A stretch of 64,000 nucleotides of DNA from Macrostomum hystrix (Eukaryota; Animalia; Platyhelminthes). Numbering within the stretch: position 1 is the stretch's first letter; each line of letters opens with the position of its first letter. Shown here piece after piece: positions 1-11,991 of this stretch. The position numbers and the translations under genes are program-made. Below the pieces are notes generated by a model. It searched no databases. It had not been told where the DNA came from and saw only the letters and a program-made list of their open reading frames with translations. The DNA is taken from NCBI GenBank assembly GCA_950097015.1, contig CATNEN010000007.1, forward strand, positions 1,922,001 to 1,986,000, given 5' to 3'.

Positions 1-52
1 ATGAATTGAAATCAACTAAGAACTGCTAATTCAAGATTACCGATTAACTAAC

Positions 53-3000
53 CGATGAAATCTCTGCACAAACTCCTGGGCATGCTGAGCAAAGCAGAAT
101 GTGATATAGGCCTGGCCATTGTTTGAGTACACCTGGCAGCTCTGTTTGATATGGGCAGCGGAATGCGGTATAATAAAAATAAGTTGCAGCTTTTGATAAA
201 TAATGCTTTCACTAACAGGCTTGTCACTACTAATAACCATACTGTAGCTCCCTAATTACACCTACCCTTTTAGCTTTAACCTAAAACTACTCAGTTAGCA
301 ATACCCTAAAACCCACCTCCTCAGTTAGCAATACCCTAAAACCCACCTCCTCAGTTAGCAATACCCTAAAACCCGCCTCCTCAGTTAGCAATACCCTAAA
401 ACCCACCCCCTCAGTTAGCAATACCCTGAAACCCACCTCCTCAGTTAGCAATTACCCTAAAACCCACCTCCTCAGTTAGCAATTACCCTAAAAAACGCCT
501 CCTCAGTTAGCAATTACCCTAAAACCCGCCTCCTCAGTTAGCAATACCCTAAAAAACGCCTCCTCAGTTAGCAATACCCTAAAACCCACCTCCTCAGTTA
601 GCAATACCCTAAAACCCGCCTCCTCAGTTAGCAATTACCCTAAAACCCGCCTCCTCAGTTAGCAATTACCCTAAAACCCGCCTCCTCAGTTAGCAATTAC
701 CCTAAAACCTACCTCCTCAGTTAGCAATTACCCTAAAACCCGCCTCCTCAGTTAGCAATTACCCTAAAACCCGCCTCCTCAGTTAGCAATTACCCTAAAA
801 CCCACCTCCTCAGTTAGCAATTACCCTAAAACCCACCTCCTCAGTTAGCAATTTACCCTAAAAACGCCTCCTCAGTTAGCAATTACCCTAAAACCTACCT
901 CCTCAGTTAGCAATTACCCTAAAACCCGCCTCCTCAGTTAGCAATTACCCTAAAACCCGCCTCCTCAGTTAGCCATTACCCTAAAACCCACCTCCTCAGT
1001 TAGCAATACCCTAAAACCCGCCTCCTCAGTTAGCAATACCCTAAAACCCACCTCCTCAGTTAGCAATACCCTAAAACCCACCTCCTCAGTTAGCAATACC
1101 CTAAAACCCGCCTCCTCAGTTAGCAATACCCTAAAAAACGCCTCCTCAGTTAGCAATTACCCTAAAACCCACCTCCTCAGTTAGCAATACCCTAAAACCT
1201 ACCTCCTCAGTTAGCAATACCCTAAAACCCACCTCCTCAGTTAGCAATACCCTAAAACCCACCTCCTCAGTTAGCAATACCCTAAAACCCGCCTCCTCAG
1301 TTAGCAATACCCTAAAACCCGCCTCCTCAGTTAGCAATTACCCTAAAACCCACCTCCTCAGTTAGCAATACCCTAAAACCCACCTCCTCAGTTAGCAATA
1401 CCCTAAAACCCACCTCCTCAGTTAGCAATACCCTAAAACCCGCCTCCTCAGTTAGCAATACCCTAAAACCCACCTCCGCAGTTAGCAATACCCTAAAACC
1501 TACCTCCTCAGTTAGCAATTACCCTAAAAAACGCCTCCTCAGTTAGCAATACCCTAAAACCCGCCTCCTCAGTTAGCAATTACCCTAAAACCCACCTCCT
1601 CAGTTAGCAATTACCCTAAAACCCACTTCCTCAGTTAGCAATTTACCCTAAAAACGCCTCCTCAGTTAGCAATTACCCTAAAACCTACCTCCTCAGTTAG
1701 CAATACCCTAAAACCCACCTCCTCAGTTAGCAATACCCTAAAACCCACCTCCTCAGTTAGCAATACCCTAAAACCCACCTCCTCAGTTAGCAATACCCTA
1801 AAACCCACCTCCTCAGTTAGCAATTACCCTAAAACCCACCTCCTCAGTTAGCAATTACCCTAAAACCCGCCTCCTCAGTTAGCAATACCCTAAAACCCAC
1901 CTCCTCAGTTAGCAATACCCTAAAACCCACCTCCTCAGTTAGCAATACCCTAAAACCCGCCTCCTCAGTTAGCAATTACCCTAAAACCCGCCTCCTCAGT
2001 TAGCAATACCCTAAAACCCACCTCCTCAGTTAGCAATACCCTAAAACCCGCCTCCTCAGTTAGCAATACCCTAAAACCCACCTCCGCAGTTAGCAATACC
2101 CTAAAACCTACCTCCTCAGTTAGCAATTACCCTAAAAAACGCCTCCTCAGTTAGCAATACCCTAAAACCCGCCTCCTCAGTTAGCAATTACCCTAAAACC
2201 CACCTCCTCAGTTAGCAATTACCCTAAAGCCGCCTCCTCAGTTAGCAATTACCCTAAAACCCGCCTCCTCAGTTAGCAATTTACCCTAAAAACGCCTCCT
2301 CAGTTAGCAATTACCCTAAAACCCGCCTCCTCAGTTAGCAATTACCCTAAAGCCGCCTCCTCAGTTAGCAATTACCCTAAAACCCGCCTCCTCAGTTAGC
2401 AATTACCCTAAAAGTCATCGCCAATTGGGCAGAGATGCAGTGCGGCTTACATGAACAGGCCCGACCAGCTCTGTGTAGACTTTTAAATCGTTAGCAGCGA
2501 TGCCGGGCGGACAATTGACAATGCGAACTGATCGACGACCGTGAGCCACGCCAGCTGACACAGCGGCGGCAGCGGCGGCGGCGACAACTGTGGCTGCGGC
2601 GGCTGTGGAAGTCATGGGCAAGTTGTGTGAAAAGGAAGGCTGGCCCTGAGGAAACTGCTGCATAAGTAGCTGCTGTGGCTGCTGAAACGGAGCCTGCTGA
2701 AATAGCTGCGGATTCTGATGACGCATATGAGCCGGGTATTGCTGCTGCTGATTGTGATTACCACCGGCACCAATCGGCCTAGCTGGCCCGGTCATTAACA
2801 AACTGCCCGGCCTGGCTGCAAACTGCTGTCGGGCCTGACCCATTAGCGGCTGCTGAAGCAGGGGTCGCGGCTGATTTCTCTGTTGAAGTTGGGGCCGCAC
2901 AGCTGATCCCGCTGCTGCAGCTATCGGAACTCCAGCCGGCTTCGAACCTCCGACTGTTGGAACGGTGCGATTTGAATTGTTCAGCTGTTGCTGCTGCTGG

Positions 3001-4019
3001 GGCTTTGCCTGAGCCGGCGGCTGCGTCGGCTGCGGTTTCGAAGGCGCCGAAGGTGGCGGCGGCTGCTTCGGCGGCGGCACGGCCACGCCCAGCCTGGTAA
3101 GTCGATTGTGCTCCTTCTGGTTCTGAATCATCCGCCTGATCCTAGCCTGCTTCTCCTTGTGCTCCTCGTAGCGACGCTGATAATCATCGTCCTCTTCATC
3201 ATTTATCACAATGAACTTTTGATCGGCCGGTTGGCTCTGCTGGCGACTGACGCCGACAGGCGCGGCGACAGTTGAGACGGCCTGAGCCGTTGCTGGCTGG
3301 GCAATCGAAACTGGAGGTGGCGCCGGTTTCACAACTACAGCCGGTGGATCTGGAGCGCGTCTTATAGTTAAAATGCCATTCTTGGCTAATTCAGTGGAGT
3401 CAAGCGATGTCTGCGACTGCTGCTGCATTCTTGGCGGCGGCGCCAGCGCAGGCATGGGAGACGAAGACTTTCTTTTTGCGCCAATGGATGCACCTGACTG
3501 AATCACCGGCGGCGGTGGCGGTGGCTGCTGCTGCCGATGCTGCTGTTGCTGAGACGGCTGCGGCTCAAGAGAGTCGTCCACTCCGCCAGCATCCTCCGCG
3601 GTGATCTGCAATATGTCATCATCGTCGTCTTCGTCAATATCTACGCCAACAACTATGGCGTCAACATCGTTGTCAACGATGCCATTGTCAGCGTCGTTGA
3701 AATTTTCATCGTCTGGACGATCAAGAATGTCATTGTCAACCAACTTTGAAGCGCTGGTAGAAGCAGTAGCTGTGGCCGAAGGTCCAGCTTGAGGAGCATC
3801 AGTCAGAGAGTCTGCATCGCTGCCTAACAGCTGATCCTCATCCTCTTCAGTCAGCTGATATCTGCCTCGATCATCGTGCAAGCCGAAAGCCGAAGCTGAG
3901 CCCACCGCACCGGTGGCTGTGCGATATCCGCGAACAAGTTCATCATCGTCCGAGTCTTCAATGTCATCGTCAATGTCTGGCTCCAGGTCTAGATCCTTGG
4001 AGTAGCGATAGCGCGACAT
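53..4019 (-). CDS. RBM33: RBM33-like RNA-binding protein (acidic N-terminus, Pro/Gln-rich, coiled coil, C-terminal RRM); 3'-partial, continues left of the window
   Basis: Coding exon 4019..2451 (acceptor tttccag at 4035-4036, GCCATG start, donor CAT|GTAAG) splices in phase 0 to exon 141..53 (caaacag|AGC...CG|GTTAGT), completing an RRM: RRSVRIVNCPP...ELVGPVH|SCQVYSNNGQAYITFCFAQHAQEFVQRFHR. This resembles my recollection of the RBM33 C-terminal RRM (VGPIQS...HALAFQQKFHR). Symbol less certain than the CDS. Confidence 0.75.
291..2413. repeat. 29/30-bp minisatellite CTCCTCAGTTAGCAAT(T)ACCCTAAAACCCRC, ~70 units, in RBM33-like intron
   Basis: Tandem units read directly; explains the LTEEVGFRVL ORFs. 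Confidence 0.98.
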
Positions 4020-5102
4020 GGCGATGATCGATGTCTGGAAACAAAGAAATCACATGCATATTTAATTAGATATTACATACGCATTTCCCAATTTCAACCC
4101 TTTGAAATTAAAGTATCAGGGATATTAAAGTGTCTTGCAGAAGGACACAATTGTTTCAAAAGTCTGAAATTTTAAGCATGAAACAAATTATTTTTTGTCA
4201 ATCTAAAGTCTAAATGAATATGTAAGTTTTATTGGTTAATAGAAAATTCCAGCAAGCAAAAAAGCTTTGGACTCCAAAGTGTCAATCAAATATACAGGAG
4301 CTATTACAAGCTGCATTGTTTGTAGCATGTAGAATTTTTGGTTTATATATAAATACGAGTATATTGTTTTAATCAATGTTGACATAAACTAGAGATGATC
4401 CATAAACATATATTTTTTTAATTGAAATTGAAATTCACACTTCCTGAGATTAAAATACTTCAAAAGTTACAAATTTAAAAATTCCTTTAACTGGCTACTT
4501 ATAGTAAAATTAATACTCAAAGTTATTATGCTGCTTTCAACTTGTTTGCTTCTCTGTGATTATGAATTACTTCACTATAGTAACTTTCCAAGACATTTCT
4601 GCTTTTCTATATTTGACTTCAAAGTCATTTTACATAGTAGAGTTCCCAACTCATGACAAAGCCACAGAAAGCTCAATCTACCCCATCCACGTGTAGCACA
4701 CCCTCATGAATGCTACTGAGTATGTTAGGTGAGCTGAAAAAAAGTAAGCAACATTAAGCTTGAACAAGCAATTGAAACTGAAACATCAATTTAACTATCT
4801 AGTGCAGGGGCCAACAAACTCAGGACTGCATCTTTTTGTAATCCCTAATTGCTAAATTGGTCCACAAACTGATTTCACAAACTCTATTCCATACTCATCC
4901 CCATCCCCTATCTCTAGGCTGGGGAGAGAAAATGGTAGGCTTAATTATGGAAAATGGAAATGGAAATTTCCAATTACCAAAGCAGAAAATGGTAATTGAG
5001 GGGTTTTGGGTCAAGTAAATTGTGTGTAAACAATAAATAGGTTTAAGCTTTAATAGAGACAAGGACCTATTGAGATTAATCTTTCATATTAATTCATATT
5101 AA

Positions 5103-6545
5103 CAGTAGGACTACCAAGCCATTTTGCCGCCCGTTTTTATACCAAGGGGGGGATTCCCCCCTGACAATTTTTTTTGCTGCACCCGAACGGAACAATGCAA
5201 GCACACGAAACTCAAGAACACGGGCCAACTTTTTGTTGCGCATCTTCTGAAACAAGAAACAAGTCGCCAGCTCTTCAGACCGTCGAGATATTCAATGTTT
5301 CTGGCCGAAGGTCCGATTTTTCCCATAAGAGCTAGTGTATTTCATACACCCCTATACACGAATTTGCACTGCGCCTCAGTGCGGCCTTGCAAGGCCTTTA
5401 AAATTTATCAGCATGTCACCCGAGTGTGCCTGCATCGTCTCCGTCTTCGGTGGTCACCTACCTTTATCTAGACAGACTGCTGGACCTTCAACAAGTGGCA
5501 CCAGCCGACTAAAGCGAATTTCTCTACTTTCGCTGATCAAGCCTCGACATTGGGCAACACTTAACGACTTTACATGCTCCTCTAGTCCGTCAACCAATCA
5601 GTCACCACCCCGACGCCGTCAGCAGGGTGCCTCCAGCTGGCAATGGAGTCCCTAAAGCGAATTACTCTACTTTCACTGATCAAGCCTCGACATTGGGCAA
5701 CACTCAACTACTATACATGCTCCACTAGTCCGTCAACCAATCAGTCACCACCCCGACGCCGTCAGCACCGTCAGCAAGGTCAACAGGTTTCTGTTAAAAG
5801 TGAATGTACGCCTTAAGACAGCATATAGTCTCTATTTCCAGTGAATTTTGTGCTACAAAAAATTATTATTGGTTTTATCGGTTATTATTAGATTATTATT
5901 CGAGCACTGATAAGCAAGAGCGCGCTCAAAACGAGTGTAACAGAAGAAAGAAATTGTCTTTAAAAGTCATTACATTTTGTGCAGACAAACCGCTACTTTT
6001 GATTGAGGCAGGTATCACACAGGTAAATATCGTTTCGATGCCTCTTGCATACGAAGCTAGCGCAGAAGGCACAGTTTTTGTTGCGCGTGTTCAGCGAGTA
6101 CTTTTCCGCACTTGTGCTTCTTTCAGCCATGCATAGTCGACACCGCCCTCGCTGTCCAGCTGGTTGTTCCGCAGAAGTACGAGCAGGGCGCAGACTTCCA
6201 GATTGGATGTTCAACACTGTGTTGAAAAGTGATCTTAGATGACTTGACATTCCGTTTGGTCACGTGCACGACGTTCGATCTGTGGTTGCAGCAACCCGGA
6301 AGCTTGCACATAAGACCAGTATGACCGGAAAGACGGTACACTGTGTGTCCGTTGATCCATGCTATATTGAGCATATGACCGGTGAAAATAGTCCTTTCAA
6401 GACAGCGGGACATTCAATGGCAGTTCATTGTCGAAGCCATTCTGTTGATGGTGTCAGTGCTGGCCTTGGTTAGATTATAGTGCTGTATCAGCTCTGGCTT
6501 GTTCTTTGGGGGCACACGACGGCTGTCATAGTGACTAGTCGACAA
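5103..6545 (-). mobile_element. piggyBac remnant (3' part of transposase plus 3' end), 5'-truncated
   Basis: Minus strand reads KPELIQHYNLTKASTDTINRMAST...HMLNIAWINGHTVY (cf. piggyBac KPxII..YN.TK.GVD..D...MLNIA.INA) and the Cys-rich domain RGRCRLC...CAFCASFVCKRH...CDTC (5993-6250), with stops and frameshifts. Candidate end TTAA|CAGTAGGACTACC at 5099-5115. ~110-bp internal direct repeat at ~5520-5635 / ~5662-5770. Confidence 0.75.
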
Positions 6546-9500
6546 CAGAATTACAGTTTTCTATGGTTCTCTATGATCTCTATGATTTATGGCAGGTGCC
6601 AGGTGCCAAACAATGCCAGTAAGCTTACTATTGTTTAACTGCTGTCTTTATGCTGGGCCCAAATTTTGATTTGTGTTTTGACATTTTGTGTTTTGAATCT
6701 AAGATACTAAGTCCAGTGTTTCCTGACTGAGTATGCAATGTGCCACCAGAAAAAAAATGCTAATTCAATTCAGCAATATTCCCATGTAAGCATGCATGCC
6801 CAATTTTTTGGGGTCTAAAGAAAATCTCAACATGCTGCTGCCCCACCCAGCAGACTCCAATTCTTTAATTGGCTAGTTAATATCATTGGTTGACAATGAT
6901 AGTCCAATAGCAGATATTTGTCTTGCTTGCTTTGAGCCTGTGGGCAGTAACTAGCAGGCACTAGAATGTGACATTGACATTGCTGTGGCACAGGGAGATG
7001 CAGACAAATTACCCAAACTTGGCCTGTTGAGGTAAATTTGCCTGGTCTTGTACCAGATGTCAGCATTGCCAGTGGAACAAGTAAAAGGAAGGAAGCCATG
7101 GTGCATTGTACAGTAAATGTTGTGCCACAGGCATTGAATACCAAGGCCAATTTCACAGTGGGCAATCAGCTCACACCTGCAAGCCACACCTTCATGAGGG
7201 TGTGAAGTGCAAAATGCTAGAGAACCAGAAGACAGAGGCAAAGCAAGCTTGCTTTTGACTGGCTACTGTGCTGGTGGAGGCCACCTCCTACACAATGAGG
7301 CTCAGCTGATGCCAGTGTATGTTGCCTAGTGTGCAGGCAGGCCACTCAAGAATGCCAACAGAAGTTGCATTTTCAAAAACTTCAGGAGTTGGAAAAATGC
7401 AACTGTACCAAGTATTGAGCCAATGAGCTCTCTGTTTGTAGCTTTCTGCTTGCCACCTGGGCCACATCCCCATTTTTGGTAGGCAAGCTAGTGAACAAGT
7501 ACAGCAACAACAAAAGGAGTAGCAGGCTAAATCAACTTTTATTTTAAACTCATTTTTTATCAGAAAACATAAGCCAGCATGCAGCTGATTATATTAAAAA
7601 AGCAAAACTGTTGCAATTGTTGTTCTGCATTTTTAATCCTGCATATATTTAATCTCTGTCTCTCTCACCTGCCATAATGTGCGCTTTATTATTGATTGCT
7701 CTCACCACCTCCATTTTGACCCACCTATGCTAACCCCTTGCTATCCTTTCATCCACCATATCTTATGACATTCAAGCTGGCTTGCTTGCTTGACTGTAAA
7801 TCAATGTAATAAACTGGTAATGGGCTTTAGGCCCAAACTGGCCTGGACATCTCTCTTCCCAAACTAGAACTTTTTTTCTCAAAAACACTTTCTGCTCTTG
7901 TTCCCACCTTCTTGCCTACCTCTGTTTCTCTTCTGACTCCTTGTATCTTTATTTCCTTGTGTCTCTGTGTCTTTGTGCCTTTTTATCTTTGTATTTATCC
8001 ATTCTCTGTGCTGTATTTCATCATTACATATACACATAAGCTTGTATGTGTTGTTTTTAACAAGTATTTCTGTTACATATATACAAAAATTCTTATGGTC
8101 CTAACACCTAGAATTGTCTGGTCCCAAGTCCAGAATGAGAAATAAAGGGACATTGTGCACTTTAAAGCCAACTACAATATACCAATATATATGCATAAAC
8201 TATATATATGTAGCATATACAGCATATAGAATTGAGCTACACCTCCACAATTTGTGCTGCATACACATGGTCTATAGCCCTAACTAGTCTGTTTACAAGT
8301 GTATACTCTAGGCAATTATTTTTCTTTTTATAGTATGAATTAAAATTTAATGAATTTATATGAACAAATTGAAACATTAATATAATCACCTGGAACACTC
8401 ATGTTTTGTCCTCAGTTTTCTGTATATTGTAGACAGTTGCAACTATAAATTGAGTCAACAATGTTGTATCTATTGATAAATGACAAACTGACCTAACTTT
8501 AAGATTTGCCAATTGGCTAGATAAAAATGAGTCTAATCTGAAAAGTGATGAGTGATAATGACAAAAAAGCAGATAATGACATGTCTAGGAACCTTTGCGA
8601 GTATCATGAATTCCAGTCATTTTGGCCATACGCAGTTTCAGCCATAGCCACTTTGGACAAAAGCCAAATGAGCATAATAATGCTACATTATGTTACTGAA
8701 TTGGCAGCCAATTCCACAGCAGTAAATGCTTTCTTGCACTGTGCAGCCAAACTCATTGGCAATACTAGTAATGGCAAGTGAAATGCGCTTATCAGCAGTA
8801 CTGAACTATTTGCATTGGTTCAGAATATTCACGTTTTTACCATTCTTTGTGTACTAAGTTCTCTTCTTTTAAGTTTTATTACTTTTATAGTGCGAAAATA
8901 CTTCAAGCATGTATTTAAAATTCTTTGTCATTATAAAAGTTGAATTCATGCTTTCCATTGTCAATATCAAATAAAATTAACAACTCTTTAATAAATTAGA
9001 AATGTTGTCAGAATGTTGTGAGTTTAAATAAGTATGGGGCACAACTGGTTTGTTGCTGAAAAGGTTTGAGGCCATAATGGCTTTTGGCTGAAACGCAGAT
9101 GGCCAAAACAACGGGTTACCAGTATCATAGGCCCTAATATAAGGGAATCATATACAACACAATGACATTGATGACAAATGACAGCAACAACAAGATTATT
9201 GTAATGAAGCTCATGTTTTGTTAGTTTATCCAAAGATATATTTTTATAGAAGTAGGTAAAATTGAAATAGGCCTAGTTTCATTTTCATAACAGGGCCTAT
9301 GGGCAAAGTGAATAGGGCCTATGAGCAAAGTTACATATTAGGCCTATTAAATTAGGCCTTACCTTAGGGCCTACATGTTACATTTTATTACTCCATATAT
9401 TTTACATAAATCATATATTTAAAATAGGGTCTCTAGTCATAGATTAGGTTTTAACATTATAGCAAATGCTAAGTGAAGCTGCTAACTAAGGACATCGTTT

Positions 9501-10367
9501 ACTACTTATTTACTACTTTAGGCCTACTTTAAATTATTGCATTATTATATAATATAAGATATAAAAAATAATACGTTTAGTGCTACTGCATTGGAATGGA
9601 AACCGCAGATCTCATTATGATGCTCCATTTCACTATTCTTACAAATGTCTAACTAGTCTAACACGTCGTTTCAACATTATTGATATCTGGTGGCTTTTCG
9701 TCTACATATTTACTCCTATTCGGTTCATTCTTTAAACGATGAGAAATTCTGAAGTCGATTCTGCTCTTTGAAGGAGGTTCAAAGCCAATCAAGGGTTTCA
9801 GGAGGTTTTATTTAGAACAAAATAAAATCTAAGACGACGTGCAAACTTATCATTGAGCAAAAAATAACAACAATTTCGACAATGAAAAATACAAGAAGGA
9901 CTCTTTAAAAATCCAGTTTCTTTTAACTAAAATTACTTTCTGCTTTTTTTAAAAACTTTTTTTCCACGCTTCAATCAAGAGGAAACCTGCGTACTTGTTC
10001 GTTTTTTCGAGTTAGTAAGTATTATATGATCAATATTTAAATGTGCATTTAAACAAAAAGTCGTGAGCAAAAAAATAACTAATTGGTGATTTTACCTTAA
10101 ACTTACTTAACTTTACTTGACACGGGTAGAGATGAGCACTGGGAGAGATGATCAGACACGGGACGGGTAGCTAGAGACGAGACACGGGTAGAGATGAGAA
10201 CTCAAGAAGAGAAGAGAAGCATTGAAGTCGGTCGTAAAAACTGAAGTTAAAGCAGTTGAAACAAGTAGCGATATGGCTAAGAGTTTTAGTAAAATTTATA
10301 AAGAGTATAAGCGAAGTGGATAAGTAGGTGAGCATAGAAACCCCCAGATACTGCTGAGTGTTCTGCT

Positions 10368-10698
10368 TAATAATAATAATAATAATAATTGCAGGAGGGC
10401 TGCAAGTGATAGCACATCGTTTGCTGACACTATGATATAGACCTGCAGCCAGCGAGGAGGCAAGTCTGTCCATTTCGCTGACTCCTGAGCACACACGCAC
10501 ACAGATACGGTACACAGACACACGCTCATACATGTGTGTACATCTGCCCTGACTTTCTCATCGTCAGGCAGTGTACAGGGCGTCAATTGCAGGACAAGCC
10601 CCCAAGCCTTCTCTCTGCGACTGCGCCCCAAATGAATGTGGCCTCGCCATGGAATCGAGCTCAGGGACCTTGTGCGACAGTGCTCTGCCACTCACTCT
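10368..10698 (-). mobile_element. tRNA-derived SINE family A, near full-length with (TTA)n tail
   Basis: Minus-strand A box TGGCAGAGCA (10681-10690), B-box-like AGCTCGATTCC; body shared with 34151-34409 and 61545-61705; (TAA)n on + at 10368-10389. Confidence 0.8.
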
Positions 10699-11334
10699 GT
10701 CCTGCAATTACAGAGCCTTCCTAAAAGTACAACTCGGGAAGAAGCGTACTTTCTTGTTAATTAGTACGATTGTTTTTTTGTAATAGCTCCATTACTAATA
10801 TTATTTAACTTTTCGTAATTAGCAAATTAAAGCGTCATATATTCAACTATTTTAACAATTAAATGTAATCTATATGTACTTTAGAGAGTAATGCTGTAAT
10901 TTTTTACGTTTCTACATTTATATCTGTTTAGATAGTAACAGCGCATATTAAGTTGCCCTTTTTGAATTTGATATCATTTTGGTGAAGATTGAATGTTAAT
11001 GATATTATTTTTATTATCGCTTCTTAAGAAGTAAAAATAAATAAAAAGCTAGTTACATATTTTACAGGCGAACAATTAAAAAAGGGTCGCTTTAAAACTT
11101 GGAATGCGTTGTATATATTTTATCAGTGTGACATTCCATTTCAAGTAAGTAGTCTTTGTGCGTGGATGTGGTTTTTGCGACATTGAATGTTCGCATTCGT
11201 CATTACATTTTTAAGAAATCAAACAAATCTGAAATGATGCGCTCTGGTTAACTCGAGACCGTGTAACTCGTGGACAACACGTTACACAAATGAGGATAAA
11301 TTTATTGTTTGATAATAGTAATAACTGATTCCAC

Positions 11335-11562
11335 CTGCCCAAATCGGGTCGGATGTGCAGCCATATCTGCGCGGCGCATCTGAAGGCTGTTCAGTCCATG
11401 GACTGGGGGACGCCACACCCACCCTCAATTACCCCCAACAGATGCTGCGTGAACAAAGCAGAGTCAAGTGTCTTGCTAAAGGACACAAATTTTTACAGTT
11501 GATTTGGGGAATCGAACCCCCGACCCTGAATTCGTGAGCTGACGCTCCAACTACTAGGCTAC
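11335..11562 (-). mobile_element. tRNA-derived SINE family B, CORE-like
   Basis: Minus strand: A-box-like TAGCCTAGTAGTTGG, B box GGTTCGATTCC (11508-11518), then TGTGTCCTTTAGCAAGACACTT (11466-11487), similar to the CORE/MIR consensus GTGACCTTGGGCAAGTCACTT. Short partial matches near 4128 and 61727. Confidence 0.7.
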
Positions 11563-11991
11563 AACAGATAGATTACAAGTGCCCTATACATAAAACTGGG
11601 CAAAAAACAAGCAAAATAAAAATAAAAATCACACTCTAAGGGAATCTATAAAATTATTTGGGCTGAGTACAAAACTTAAATAAGAAAATCTGACATTTGA
11701 ATGGCTTATATTATACATATAAGAGACGAGAGAAATGGCGTGGTGCAGTCCATTGTTGAAAGTGGAGAGTACAGAATAAATGGTGGTGGAATAAAACATG
11801 CAAGCAATGTCACATTGGCTGCTAGTACCTGCTCTAATGGCAGTCTCAATTTTAAATAGATAAAAAACACTTGCATATTACTTGAAAAATCCCCTTCATA
11901 CTACTGACTATGCTATGAATAAGGAATGCATAAACTCGTGTTCAAGTTTATAGATAAGTAGCTAGCTGGTATCTGCATCCATTGCGGAGTC

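Noticed and set aside
291-2413. True telomere or interstitial (TTAGGG)n
   Set aside because: Only one hexamer per 29/30-bp unit, and the array is intronic.
8545-9400. Short ORFs and recurring GGCTGAAAC...GGCCAAAA / AGGCCTA motifs
   Set aside because: Too degenerate to define an element or protein; probably old repeat debris.
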